A stretch of 64,000 nucleotides of DNA from an uncultured Candidatus Saccharibacteria bacterium (GCA_964543485.1 CAZIYI010000002.1:4192-68191), one strand, 5' to 3'; positions 8,708 through 19,327 are shown, counted from the stretch's first letter. The notes: a model not told the origin generated them from the sequence alone. Numbers and translations: made by a program.

Positions 8708-10339
8708 TTAACTCTTTAATAATCTTAATACTTCTTCAGGAAATACTGCGTACTCCTGAGCTTTTTGAACAGATATAACTCCCTCTCTAACCAGATTCAC
8801 CAAAGATTTCTCCAAAGAGACCATGCCTATATCAGAACTTGTTCTAATTACATTATCAATCTGATGTGTTTTACTTTCTCTAACCAAATTCCTTATTGCT
8901 GGGTTAGCAATCATAATTTCTGATACAGCTCTTCTTCCTCCTTTATCTAAAGGAATCAATCTCTGAGCAACAATCGCTTCTAAAATATTAGAAAGTTGTA
9001 ACCTAATCTGTGGTTGTTGATTGTTTGGAAATACATCAATCATTCTATCAACAGTTTGGGCAGAATTGTTTGTATGAAGTGTAGCAAATACCAGATGACC
9101 TGTTTCTGCTAACGTAATTGCAGCTGCAATTGTTTCATAATCTCTCATTTCTCCAACCAAAATAACATCAGGATCCTGTCTAAGTGCACTCCTTAAAGCA
9201 ATAGACCAAGAGTGCGTATCATCATTCATTTCCCTTTGATCTATTAAAGATTTTTTACCTTCAAATACATACTCAATAGGGTCTTCAATTGTTACTATAT
9301 GGGCAAATCTTGTCATATTTATCTCTTCCAATATTGCTGCTAATGTAGTACTTTTACCATGTCCTGTTGGACCAGTTACTAAAATGAATCCCTGTTTTAA
9401 CTGTGCAAATTGATGATATATATTGGGCAACATAAGCTCATCTAGATTTCTTACTCGAGAAGGAATAAGACGAAACGCAGCCGCCATATTCTTCATCGTA
9501 TAATAGGCATTTATTCTAAACCTAGCAGGCATATCTCCCTCGTGGAAATATGCTAAATCAACCTCCCTGTTTACCTCTAGTAACTCTTTTTTCTCGTCTG
9601 TAAGAATAGGAAGAATTAACTTCTCTGCATCTTCGGGAGTAATTACCTTATCACTAATCTCTTTAAGCTCTCCATCAATTCTAATAATTGGGGGGTATCC
9701 TACGGAAATGTGTAAATCTGAAGCATTGTTTTGTATAGCATATTTCAAAAGCCCATCTATTTCTGTAGTTTCAGACAAAATAATAGGTGATTCTTGAATG
9801 TCGGAATCATCATCAATAGGGGTCGCCAAATTTACTTTCTTAGGATCTCTTTTCAACGCTTTGGGTACTTTTTCACCAGGTATAATATCTTGTAAACTGT
9901 TATCAACGACTCCCTTTAAAGTACCATCTGAATTAAGATTGTTAATAGGGTTCGCCTCTTGAATATTACTTAAATCTTCATTGGCCATAGAGGGTATATT
10001 TAAAGTAGAAGGAGAGGGTAAAGGAATTTCTGGTTCCGGAATAACAGGTTGTTGGGTTTGCGGAACAGATTGAACTTGAGTATTTGTATTAACCATCGGT
10101 TGCATTTGAGCATTTTGGGATTGTACTTGATTTGAAGGAGTAGAAGGGGTGGCATTTGAATTATTATCCCCATTCAAGCCATTTATTTGTGAAGCCAAAT
10201 CTTGAAGTATTTTTTCATCACCTAAAGGAGCTGTTGGTTGAACAACACTTGTAGTTGAGCTACTTTGAACATTTGGTACCATACCCTGATTTATATCTGG
10301 ATATGGAATTGTAGTATTTTGGGCAGTACTATTATCCAT
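8708..10339 (-). CDS. pilT: PilT-family retraction ATPase with about 190-aa low-complexity N-terminal extension
   Basis: C-terminal 350 aa carry Walker A GPTGHGKSTT, Walker B/Asp box DVILVGEMRD, His box ATLHTN and the PilT-type C-terminus. N-terminal 190 aa are Q/N/P/S/T-rich. Confidence 0.8.
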   Translation of the reverse strand: MDNSTAQNTTIPYPDINQGMVPNVQSSSTTSVVQPTAPLGDEKILQDLASQINGLNGDNNSNATPSTPSNQVQSQNAQMQPMVNTNTQVQSVPQTQQPVIPEPEIPLPSPSTLNIPSMANEDLSNIQEANPINNLNSDGTLKGVVDNSLQDIIPGEKVPKALKRDPKKVNLATPIDDDSDIQESPIILSETTEIDGLLKYAIQNNASDLHISVGYPPIIRIDGELKEISDKVITPEDAEKLILPILTDEKKELLEVNREVDLAYFHEGDMPARFRINAYYTMKNMAAAFRLIPSRVRNLDELMLPNIYHQFAQLKQGFILVTGPTGHGKSTTLAAILEEINMTRFAHIVTIEDPIEYVFEGKKSLIDQREMNDDTHSWSIALRSALRQDPDVILVGEMRDYETIAAAITLAETGHLVFATLHTNNSAQTVDRMIDVFPNNQQPQIRLQLSNILEAIVAQRLIPLDKGGRRAVSEIMIANPAIRNLVRESKTHQIDNVIRTSSDIGMVSLEKSLVNLVREGVISVQKAQEYAVFPEEVLRLLKS

Positions 10340-10362
10340 TGTTTTTTATTATATCCTAAAAT

Positions 10363-12165
10363 TTATTCCTTTGACACTCTAAGGACTTCCTCTATTGTAG
10401 TGACTCCTTCTAAAACCTTCAAGAACCCATCTTGAATCATTGTAATCATACCGTTTTCTTTTGCTTCTCTTTCGATATCTTGAGCAGTAACATTCTGCAT
10501 TATCATTCTACTAATTTTTTCAGTAACATCTAAGACCTCAAATATACCAATTCTACCAGAGTACCCAGAACCACCGCACCTATCACAACCCGCACCTTTG
10601 TAAAGATAAATGATGGGTTGCCCATCTGGTCCTACCTCAGGAACCTTAAGTACTGCTGAACCTTCCTCTGCTTTGGCTTTCTTCGCATTTATTACCTGTG
10701 TTAAATATTTAACTAAATCAAAACTCTTTATCTCAGTAAGAGATTTAACTAAATCTTTTAACTCTTCAGGAGAAGCAGGTACTGCTTGAATACAGTGTGT
10801 GCATATTTTTCTTGGTAAACGTTGAGCAGCCAAAACACGGAGTGTAGAAGCAAGTAGATACGGTTCCATACCCATATCTAGAAGTCTTGGTACCGCAGCA
10901 GGAGCACTGTTAGTGTGAAGAGTTGAAAGTACTAAATGACCAGTAAGAGAGGCCTGAATGGCGAGCTCTGCAGTTTCTTGGTCTCTAATCTCACCAACCA
11001 TTACTACATCAGGATCTTGTCTTAATACAGATCTTAAACCATTAGCAAATGTTAAACCTACATCTGGATTTATTTGTACCTGGGTAACACCAGGGACTCT
11101 GATCTCAACTGGATTTTCTAAAGAGATAATGTTGACACTCGGATCGTTTACTTTAATAAGGGAGCATGCAAGCGTTCGAGTCTTACCACTACCAGTAGGT
11201 CCAGTAACTAAAACAATACCGTTGGTTACACTAAGAGCATCTAAAAATATCTTGTAAGCATTACCCCTCAAACCAGTTGATTCCAATGTAATACCAGAAG
11301 TATCTGATTCGAGTAAACGCATAACTATCTTCTCTCCATAAATCATTGGCATCACAGATACACGAATGTCTACTTTGACATTTTTAACTTTAACTTGAAA
11401 TCTACCATCCTGAGGAACTCTCTTTTCATCTATTTTCAAATTAGACATTATCTTAACACGAGAAATAACTGCAGGACCAAGTGTCTTTGGTAAAGAAAGT
11501 CGTTCTGTCATCATTCCGTGTATTCTAAACCTAACTCTAAGACGACTCTCCATTGGCTCTATATGTACATCAGAACTTTTAGAGGTAACAGCATACTGCA
11601 TTATCGAGTTTACTATTCTAGCAACAGGAGCATTCTTTAAATCAATACTATCTATTAAGCCAGGATCTTCACTAATTTCTTGAACAGGTACATCAACATC
11701 TTCCAATGCTTCAGTCACCTCTGTACTCATTACATCACCAATTCTTCTATCAAGAATAAAGTTGACACCATCTTCTGTTGTAATATATACAACCAATTTA
11801 GTGTTCGATGGGTATTTTCTTTGAAGTGCTTGTGTTGCTTGAATATCAAAAGGGTCTACCATAGCAAGCTTTACATAATCATCACCTCTTTCAAAGGGTA
11901 CAGTCCTATACTTTCTTAAATTGTCAATGGGAACTTCTGCAATGATACTCTCAGAAACACTTGCTTCAGTTAAATCAACATAGGGTATATTGAACAAAGC
12001 AGATTTCGCCTTAACAATTGCTAGTTCGTCTGCAAGTTTCATCTCTCTTATGATAGATTCCTCACTCTTAGGAGATCTACTTCTTTCTACCTGTACACGG
12101 ATAGCATCTGTGTCAGTAATAACTCCTTGTTTTTGTAAATATGTAAGCAGTGTTTCTCGAGCCAC
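10363..12165 (-). CDS. pilB: type IV pilus assembly ATPase PilB (GspE family)
   Basis: N-terminal GSPII domain, Walker A GPTGSGKT, DVVMVGEIRD, STLHTN, and tetracysteine motif CTHC...CDRCGGSGY. Confidence 0.85.
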   Translation of the reverse strand: MARETLLTYLQKQGVITDTDAIRVQVERSRSPKSEESIIREMKLADELAIVKAKSALFNIPYVDLTEASVSESIIAEVPIDNLRKYRTVPFERGDDYVKLAMVDPFDIQATQALQRKYPSNTKLVVYITTEDGVNFILDRRIGDVMSTEVTEALEDVDVPVQEISEDPGLIDSIDLKNAPVARIVNSIMQYAVTSKSSDVHIEPMESRLRVRFRIHGMMTERLSLPKTLGPAVISRVKIMSNLKIDEKRVPQDGRFQVKVKNVKVDIRVSVMPMIYGEKIVMRLLESDTSGITLESTGLRGNAYKIFLDALSVTNGIVLVTGPTGSGKTRTLACSLIKVNDPSVNIISLENPVEIRVPGVTQVQINPDVGLTFANGLRSVLRQDPDVVMVGEIRDQETAELAIQASLTGHLVLSTLHTNSAPAAVPRLLDMGMEPYLLASTLRVLAAQRLPRKICTHCIQAVPASPEELKDLVKSLTEIKSFDLVKYLTQVINAKKAKAEEGSAVLKVPEVGPDGQPIIYLYKGAGCDRCGGSGYSGRIGIFEVLDVTEKISRMIMQNVTAQDIEREAKENGMITMIQDGFLKVLEGVTTIEEVLRVSKE

Positions 12166-12242
12166 AATTTATAAGCCAGTAAATTAATCTTAGATAATAA
12201 TAACAGTATCACAAATTACTTGCACGACCTATAACTTGATAT

Positions 12243-13298
12243 TTATCTATCTGAGTAATACCTTACCCTCCTATATAAATCTAAAACTCTAACAAGCATA
12301 TATTTAACTCTAGAGTAGGGGAAATCCATACATCTTTGATATCTTACTAGATAACCCCCAAAGCCCCTCTTAAAATTTGAATAACCATATCTTGGTGCTG
12401 TGGGCTTGTATTTCTCATCAGGTAATACATCCCAAGAATTAAAATATTTAAATCCCTCTGCCTGTGCTTGTAAAATACATTCCCATCTAAGTAACATTGG
12501 TGCTCTTAATTTACTTTCGATACCTGTTTGACAGCTATACAAGCAGGATACTTCATCTCCAAAAAAGGACAGTACTAACATTGCAAGTGGTTGACCTTTG
12601 TATTCCGCTATTGCTAAGCGTATCTCATTATCATTTCCCAAATATTCAAACTGTTTAATATAGTATTGTGAATTGTTAATAACAAAATCCTTTTTATCTG
12701 AACTCTCCTGTAAATATTTTGTAAAGAGTTCCCACTCATTAACATCTTTAGAAAATCTTACTGTAACACCAGACCTTTTTGCTTTACGAATATATGTGGG
12801 ATAGTTTTTTCCCATACCGTGTTCTAAACACCATTTCATTTGATCATCTTGGGTACCCTGAACTAAATCTAAAAACCAAGGCGTCTCTGGTTGAACATAA
12901 TTTATACATTTTTGAAAGCCCATACTTAGTGGTACCTCTGAAACAATATCATTCCTTTTTATACTAGGATCTATCTTCAAAAAGAGATACTCTTTATCTT
13001 TAAAATACTCCCTTAACTTGTTTAATACCTCTTCGTATACAATCTGGCTTATCTCTCTTAACACAGGACCCCTAGAGCAGTATATATATTTCCCAAATGT
13101 TTGAGATACTTCATAACAGTACGCAATAGCTATCAATTCATCTCCATTGTAAAAGCCCAACCTATATGTTTTTCTCCCTAAACCACTTTCTTGATAAATA
13201 CTCCAATTATACGATTGCATAAAATTACAGTTAGGACTACGCTTAACAAAATCATCAAAAACCTTTTGTTTATCCAACTCTTTGATACCTAAATTCAT
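12243..13298 (-). CDS. FemAB-family peptidyl/aminoacyl transferase (peptidoglycan interpeptide formation)
   Basis: 351 aa. N-terminal FMQSYNWSIY... and CSRGPVL motifs resemble the FemX/FemAB family. Size and two-domain layout fit. Confidence 0.5.
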   Translation of the reverse strand: MNLGIKELDKQKVFDDFVKRSPNCNFMQSYNWSIYQESGLGRKTYRLGFYNGDELIAIAYCYEVSQTFGKYIYCSRGPVLREISQIVYEEVLNKLREYFKDKEYLFLKIDPSIKRNDIVSEVPLSMGFQKCINYVQPETPWFLDLVQGTQDDQMKWCLEHGMGKNYPTYIRKAKRSGVTVRFSKDVNEWELFTKYLQESSDKKDFVINNSQYYIKQFEYLGNDNEIRLAIAEYKGQPLAMLVLSFFGDEVSCLYSCQTGIESKLRAPMLLRWECILQAQAEGFKYFNSWDVLPDEKYKPTAPRYGYSNFKRGFGGYLVRYQRCMDFPYSRVKYMLVRVLDLYRRVRYYSDR

Positions 13299-13344
13299 TC
13301 GTATATATGATTAATTTAACTGTTTTTATGATAAAATCTAATAT

Positions 13345-14022
13345 ATGACATACCTTATTCTAGGAAATAATCAAGAAAATATAAAGGAGGAAGTAAAAAG
13401 ATTGATAAGTATGCTTTGGGAGAAGCAATTTGATTTTGATACTGCTACTAATAATCCCGATATGCATATCCTCAAATCTAAAAATATTAAAAGTATAGGA
13501 ATTCAGGATGTTAAAGATTTACAAAATGAAATGATATTCTCTCCATATTTAGAAAAAGTACAAATAGCACTAATACCTCAAGCCGAGAAATTAACCACTG
13601 AAGCACAAAACTCACTCCTAAAAGTTCTTGAAGATGGTTCTGAAAACAACGCATATATACTTACTACTAGTAGTGAGAAAAGCATACTACCTACCGTACT
13701 ATCCAGATCAATGAAAATATATTTAAAGGATGGAAAGATAGAAAGAACAGAGTATACTTACCATACAATTCTACAAAAAACTCTACTAGAGGCATTTGCG
13801 GAGATAGAAAAGATTTCAAAAGACAAAGAGAAAACTGAAGAGTTTTTAACAGATTTAGAATTTTACTACCAAGATATTTTAAAAAAGAATATTAAAGAGG
13901 GTAGGGGTACACAATCTGTTTTAGATAGTATAAAACAGGTTCTAAAAACTAGAGACAGAATTAGTGCAAATGGAAACAAGAGATTACTACTTGAGAATCT
14001 TTTTCTTGTATTAACATCCTAA
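13345..14022 (+). CDS. holB: DNA polymerase III delta-prime-like AAA+ clamp-loader subunit (short form)
   Basis: 225 aa. ...QIALIPQAEKLTTEAQNSLLKVLEDGSENNAYILTTSSEKSILPTVLSRS matches the sensor-1/SRC-like region of clamp-loader delta-prime. Located immediately upstream of gyrB. Confidence 0.5.
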   Translation: MTYLILGNNQENIKEEVKRLISMLWEKQFDFDTATNNPDMHILKSKNIKSIGIQDVKDLQNEMIFSPYLEKVQIALIPQAEKLTTEAQNSLLKVLEDGSENNAYILTTSSEKSILPTVLSRSMKIYLKDGKIERTEYTYHTILQKTLLEAFAEIEKISKDKEKTEEFLTDLEFYYQDILKKNIKEGRGTQSVLDSIKQVLKTRDRISANGNKRLLLENLFLVLTS

Positions 14023-14110
14023 TTTGACTATTCACTTTCTGCCCTATAATATATAGAATATACATTGGGCTTAAAAAAATATTGTACTTACTAATTTAAA
14101 AATATAGATA

Positions 14111-16033
14111 ATGGTAAAAAAGAGTGATTACGGTGCCTCAAATATCCAAGTTTTACAAGGATTAGAAGCAGTAAGAAAAAGACCAGCTATGTATATTGGT
14201 TCTACAGACAGGGTTGGTTTACACCATATATTTACGGAGATATTAGATAACTCCGTAGATGAGGCCATAGCCGGATACTGTAGTAGAATATGGGTTAAAC
14301 TTTTCAAAGATGGTTCCATCTCTATTAAGGATAATGCAAGAGGTATTCCAGTAGAGATGCATCCTCAAACGAAGGTATCTACACTTGAAACAGTTATGAC
14401 CAATCTTCATGCGGGTGGTAAATTTGATGATGGTGCTTACAAAGTATCAGGTGGTTTACACGGAGTAGGTATGAAGTGTACAAACGCTCTTTCAGAGTGG
14501 ATGATTACTACGGTTAGAAGAGATGGTGGAATATATCAACAGGAGTATAGGAGGGGAATTCCTCAGCATCCTGTTAAAAAGGTTGGTAGTATTGAGAATG
14601 AAACAGGAACAGAGCACAGATTTTTACCAGATGATCAGATTTTTACTGAAACTGATTTTGATTTTAAAGAGATTGTTAGAAAGTGTAGACAACATGCATA
14701 CCTAACTGCTGGTTTAAGAATATCAATTGAAGATGAAAGAGTAGAGGAAGGGAAAAAGAATAAAATATATGACCTTTACTTTGAAGATGGTATTAAGTCA
14801 TATGTTCTCTTTATGAACATTGACGAGAAGCTAGTCAATGAAATACCTTTCTACGTTAACAAAGAGCAGGACGGAGTAGTTGTAGAGGCAGCTATACAGT
14901 ACACAAATAGTATGGATGAGAATGTTAAATGTTACACCAACAACATTATCAATCCAGAGGGAGGAACTCATTTAGCTGGTTTCAGAACAGCGCTTACAAG
15001 TGCAATAAATACATATGCTCAAAAATCCGAACTCCTAAAGGGCTTAACTACAACTCTAAACGGTGATGATGTAAGAGAGGGGTTAACTGCTGTTGTTTCT
15101 GTTAAGGTAGCAGACCCTCAGTTTGAAGGACAGACTAAGATTAAACTAAATAACCCAGAGGTTAAAAATGCAGTAGCTAAAGTAATTAGAGATCAACTCC
15201 TAATATATTTTGATGAACATCCTAAAGAGGCAAAAGCCATAATTGATAAAGCGATACTCTCTTACAAAGCAAAAGCTGCTGCTAAGGCAGCAAGAGATGC
15301 CGTGATAAGAAAGAGTGCACTAGAGAGTACAACACTACCTGGTAAATTAGCAGACTGTATTAGTAGTGACCCGAAAGAGTGTGAACTCTACATTGTAGAG
15401 GGAGACTCTGCAGGTGGTAGTGCAAAACAGGGTAGAGATAGGCATACACAGGCAGTACTTCCACTTAGAGGTAAAATAATCAATACACACAAGTATAGAG
15501 TAGACAGAGTATTGGGTAATAACGAGTTTAAAGATATTACTACAGCACTTGGTGTAGGAATAGGTACTACTTTAGATATTAGTAAGTTGAGATATCACAA
15601 GGTAATAATTATGAGTGACGCTGATGTAGATGGATTACATATAACTACATTAGTCTTAACCCTGCTATTCAGATTCTTTAAACCACTGATAGATGGTGGA
15701 TATATCTATGTAGCACAGCCACCTTTACATAAGGTAGAGATTGGGAAAAAGAAATACTACTTCATAAATGATAATGATAAAGATATTTTTGTTAAAAAAG
15801 CTAAAGCTGCTGGTAAAAGCCCTGTAGCTAATAGGTTTAAGGGATTAGGAGAGATGAATCCTGGACAGCTATGGGAAACAACAATGAGTCCAGAAAGTAG
15901 AGTATTAAAACAGGTTCATATTGAAGATGCAGAGGAAGCAGAGAAAGTATTTGAAATGCTAATGGGTAACGAAGTTCCTCCTAGAAGAAGATTTATACAA
16001 AAGTACGCTAAGAAGGCAATTTTAGATATTTAA
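14111..16033 (+). CDS. gyrB: DNA gyrase subunit B
   Basis: GHKL ATPase motifs (ILDNSVDEA, GLHGVG) and a TOPRIM domain with EGDSAGG and PLRGKIIN. 640 aa. Confidence 0.95.
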   Translation: MVKKSDYGASNIQVLQGLEAVRKRPAMYIGSTDRVGLHHIFTEILDNSVDEAIAGYCSRIWVKLFKDGSISIKDNARGIPVEMHPQTKVSTLETVMTNLHAGGKFDDGAYKVSGGLHGVGMKCTNALSEWMITTVRRDGGIYQQEYRRGIPQHPVKKVGSIENETGTEHRFLPDDQIFTETDFDFKEIVRKCRQHAYLTAGLRISIEDERVEEGKKNKIYDLYFEDGIKSYVLFMNIDEKLVNEIPFYVNKEQDGVVVEAAIQYTNSMDENVKCYTNNIINPEGGTHLAGFRTALTSAINTYAQKSELLKGLTTTLNGDDVREGLTAVVSVKVADPQFEGQTKIKLNNPEVKNAVAKVIRDQLLIYFDEHPKEAKAIIDKAILSYKAKAAAKAARDAVIRKSALESTTLPGKLADCISSDPKECELYIVEGDSAGGSAKQGRDRHTQAVLPLRGKIINTHKYRVDRVLGNNEFKDITTALGVGIGTTLDISKLRYHKVIIMSDADVDGLHITTLVLTLLFRFFKPLIDGGYIYVAQPPLHKVEIGKKKYYFINDNDKDIFVKKAKAAGKSPVANRFKGLGEMNPGQLWETTMSPESRVLKQVHIEDAEEAEKVFEMLMGNEVPPRRRFIQKYAKKAILDI

Positions 16034-16051
16034 TTTTTTAATATACAAAAA

Positions 16052-16489
16052 ATGTTTGAAGAAATTAAAAAAGAGATACGTGAGACCATAGATTACCAAG
16101 ATAATCTCAAAGAACTTTTAGAAAGGAGATTGAGAGATGGTCTTTCAAATGAATGGCCAAGATTTCTAGAGATCCTAAAAGATGATCCTAGTGCTTCTGA
16201 CCTACTTAGAAAAACAAACAAATTAATGGCAGAGGAATCAAATAGAGGAAAGATATCCTTAGAGAAAAAGGAAGGTGTAGAAGACAGTGTTACAGTACAC
16301 CTATATGACCATATGAATCAAGATTTACTTGAACAAGCAATAAGACCGATTTCAAGTATCCAAACTACCCAAGAAGATGGTAGTGTTAAAGTGTCTCAAG
16401 ATACTTTCAACCAGCTATACAACTTAGCAGTTGATTACGACTATGAGAGACAAAAAGTTGAACAAGAATTACCAACTAATACAATTTAA
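16052..16489 (+). CDS. hypothetical acidic cytoplasmic protein between gyrB and gyrA
   Basis: 145-aa ORF with no recognisable motif, co-directional and tightly spaced between gyrB and gyrA. Confidence 0.4.
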   Translation: MFEEIKKEIRETIDYQDNLKELLERRLRDGLSNEWPRFLEILKDDPSASDLLRKTNKLMAEESNRGKISLEKKEGVEDSVTVHLYDHMNQDLLEQAIRPISSIQTTQEDGSVKVSQDTFNQLYNLAVDYDYERQKVEQELPTNTI

Positions 16490-16513
16490 AAATAATATAC
16501 TTAAATAACAGTC

Positions 16514-19327
16514 ATGCCTGATATTGAAGAAAAAGAAATAATTAAAGAAGCAGAGGAGATTATCGAAACAGAGAATGCAGATTCCTCTTTAGAAAATACC
16601 TCACCAGAGGATAAAGATATCGATTTTGATGTCACATTTAAACCAGGAGAGGTTACTCATCGCTCCATCATTGACGAGATGAAATCTAACTACATAGATT
16701 ACTCTATGTCAGTAATCGTATCTCGTGCTCTTCCTGAGGTAAAAGATGGTCTAAAGCCATCTCAAAGAAGAATACTTGTGGCTATGAATGATCTAGCTCT
16801 TTCACCTTCCTCTCATTTTAGGAAGTGTGCAAAGATAGCTGGAGACACATCTGGTAACTATCACCCTCACGGTGAAAGTGTGGTATATCCAACCTTGGTT
16901 AAACTTGCTCAAACCTTTAATACAAGATACATACTAGTAGAAGGGCAGGGAAACTTCGGATCCATTGATGGTGACCCTGCAGCTGCAATGAGATACACAG
17001 AGGCAAGAATGGGAAAGATTACCCCTGAACTTCTGAAAGATTTAAACAAAGGAACTGTTACATTTGTTCCAAACTATGATGGTACACGACTAGAACCAAC
17101 TGTATTACCTGCACTCTTTCCTAATCTTCTAGCAAATGGTAGTCAAGGTATTGCTGTAGGTATGGCAACACAGATTCCTCCTCACAACCTTGGAGAGTTA
17201 ATAGATGCTTTACAAGAGATGATAAAGAGAAAGAATAGATGGGAGGGTGTAGCAATATACAATGAATTAAGAAAAGCAAAAGAATCAAAAGAGGTAATCC
17301 CATTGACTCTTAATTCTAAACCGGAAGAGTATCTAGAAAACTATGTCGATACAAAAGCACTAGATTACCATCTAGAGATACAAAAGATTATTGATAGAAT
17401 CGAGAAGAGTAAAGAGGTCATATATCCCGATTTTAAATCTGAAATCTCTCCTGAAGAATTAATTGAAATTATTCCAGGTCCAGATTTTCCAACAGGGGGA
17501 ACAATATATGATCGTGATGAAATATTAAACGCTTACGCTACAGGAAGAGGGAAAATATTACAGAGAGCACAGGCCTCTATTGTTGAAGGCGCAAATGGAA
17601 GATATCAAATTGTATTAACAGAGGTTCCTTACCAAGTAAACAAGGCCTTTATGATTGAAAAGATTGCTGATTTAGTTAGAGACAAGAAAATCACAGGTAT
17701 TGCAGATATAAGAGATGAATCTAATAAAGATGGTATTAGAGTAGTAGTAATTCTTAAAAAAGATGCTCAACCTAAGGCAGTTCTTAACAAACTCTTTAAG
17801 TATACAGAGATGCAAAAAACCTTTAATGCAAATATGATTGCATTAGTAGATCAAGAACCAATAACGCTTTCTATAAAAAGAATGCTTGAGCTATTCCTTT
17901 CGTTTAGAATAACTGTAACTGTAAGAAGATATGAATACGATTTGGCAGAGGCAAGATATCATGCTCATATATTAGAGGGCTTACTTAAAGCCCTAGATTT
18001 CCTTGATGAAGTAATTGCAACTATTCGTGGTTCTAAAACACAAGAGACTGCAAAAACAAACTTAATGGATAAGTTTAAGTTTACAGAGGTTCAGGCACAA
18101 GCAATATTAGATATGCAACTTCGAAGGTTAGCTGCACTGGAGAGAATGAAATTACAAAATGATTATAAAGAGACTAAAGAGAAAATTATTGAGTACAACT
18201 CGATATTAGATAGCCAAGATAGAATACTGGAAATCATTAGTAAAGACTTAGAGATAATAAAAGAGACATATGGAGATAAAAGAAAAACAAAGGTAGTAAA
18301 AGGAAAGGTAAATGAAATCTCAGAAGAGGATATGATTGCACAGGAAGAGACCCTAATTACAATTACACATTCTGGTTATGTAAAAAGAGTCCCACCTTCT
18401 ACATACCAAATTCAAAAAAGAGGAGGGAAAGGAATCTCTGGGGGCGATACAAAAGAGGGTGACTTTATAGAACACGTCCTTTTATGTAACACCCATGATG
18501 AGTTACTTCTGTTTAGTAACAAAGGTAGAGTATTTAGTACAAGAATATTTGAAATCCCGGAGTATGGTAGAACTGCAAAGGGTATACCTCTTATAAACCT
18601 AGTACAACTAGATCAAAATGAAATTATTACTTCCATACTAACTAGAGATCCAAAGGGTGGAGTAATGGGTTCAGAAGAGATACAAGAGGATCAAGAGACA
18701 GGTGGAGTAGTAAATAAAAAAGATTTTAAATACTTCTTAATGGTTACTAAGGGTGGAATAGTTAAGAAAACGAATTTAAATGATTTTACTAAAATTAGAG
18801 CTAATGGTTTAACAGCAATCAAATTAGAAATAAATGATGAGCTTACATGGGTCAAACCAACAACAGGAGATGATGAGATAATACTAGTCACCTCTGAGGG
18901 TAAATCTATTAGATTTAGTGAACATGATGTAAGACCACTTGGTAGAAGTACTAGAGGTGTAACCGCTATGAAATTCAAATCCCAATCTGACTTTATCGTA
19001 GGTATGGGTGTAATAAGGGAGAACGAGAATAGAATATTTACACTCTCAGAACATGGGTATGGAAAAATGACAAAACTATCTGAATATACAAAACAAAAAA
19101 GAGGTGGTACAGGGATATTTACATTCAGAGTTACTTCAAAAACTGGGAAAGTATCAGTAGCAAGAATTTTAGATCACCCAAAAGCTGAAATGGTTGTAAT
19201 TTCAGAAAAATCAAAAGTGATTAGATCATCAATTGATGCCATTCCAACTCTTGGAAGACAGACAAGTGGAGTAAAGATAATGAATGTAGGAGAAGGTGAT
19301 AAAGTTGCAACAATGGCTATACTTTAA
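16514..19327 (+). CDS. gyrA: DNA gyrase subunit A (with N-terminal extension and an internal insertion)
   Basis: Active-site region AAMRYTEARM, GyrA-box-like QRRGGKG and a C-terminal beta-pinwheel. About 45-aa acidic N-terminal extension and about 75-aa insertion before GPDFPTGG. Confidence 0.95.
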   Translation: MPDIEEKEIIKEAEEIIETENADSSLENTSPEDKDIDFDVTFKPGEVTHRSIIDEMKSNYIDYSMSVIVSRALPEVKDGLKPSQRRILVAMNDLALSPSSHFRKCAKIAGDTSGNYHPHGESVVYPTLVKLAQTFNTRYILVEGQGNFGSIDGDPAAAMRYTEARMGKITPELLKDLNKGTVTFVPNYDGTRLEPTVLPALFPNLLANGSQGIAVGMATQIPPHNLGELIDALQEMIKRKNRWEGVAIYNELRKAKESKEVIPLTLNSKPEEYLENYVDTKALDYHLEIQKIIDRIEKSKEVIYPDFKSEISPEELIEIIPGPDFPTGGTIYDRDEILNAYATGRGKILQRAQASIVEGANGRYQIVLTEVPYQVNKAFMIEKIADLVRDKKITGIADIRDESNKDGIRVVVILKKDAQPKAVLNKLFKYTEMQKTFNANMIALVDQEPITLSIKRMLELFLSFRITVTVRRYEYDLAEARYHAHILEGLLKALDFLDEVIATIRGSKTQETAKTNLMDKFKFTEVQAQAILDMQLRRLAALERMKLQNDYKETKEKIIEYNSILDSQDRILEIISKDLEIIKETYGDKRKTKVVKGKVNEISEEDMIAQEETLITITHSGYVKRVPPSTYQIQKRGGKGISGGDTKEGDFIEHVLLCNTHDELLLFSNKGRVFSTRIFEIPEYGRTAKGIPLINLVQLDQNEIITSILTRDPKGGVMGSEEIQEDQETGGVVNKKDFKYFLMVTKGGIVKKTNLNDFTKIRANGLTAIKLEINDELTWVKPTTGDDEIILVTSEGKSIRFSEHDVRPLGRSTRGVTAMKFKSQSDFIVGMGVIRENENRIFTLSEHGYGKMTKLSEYTKQKRGGTGIFTFRVTSKTGKVSVARILDHPKAEMVVISEKSKVIRSSIDAIPTLGRQTSGVKIMNVGEGDKVATMAIL

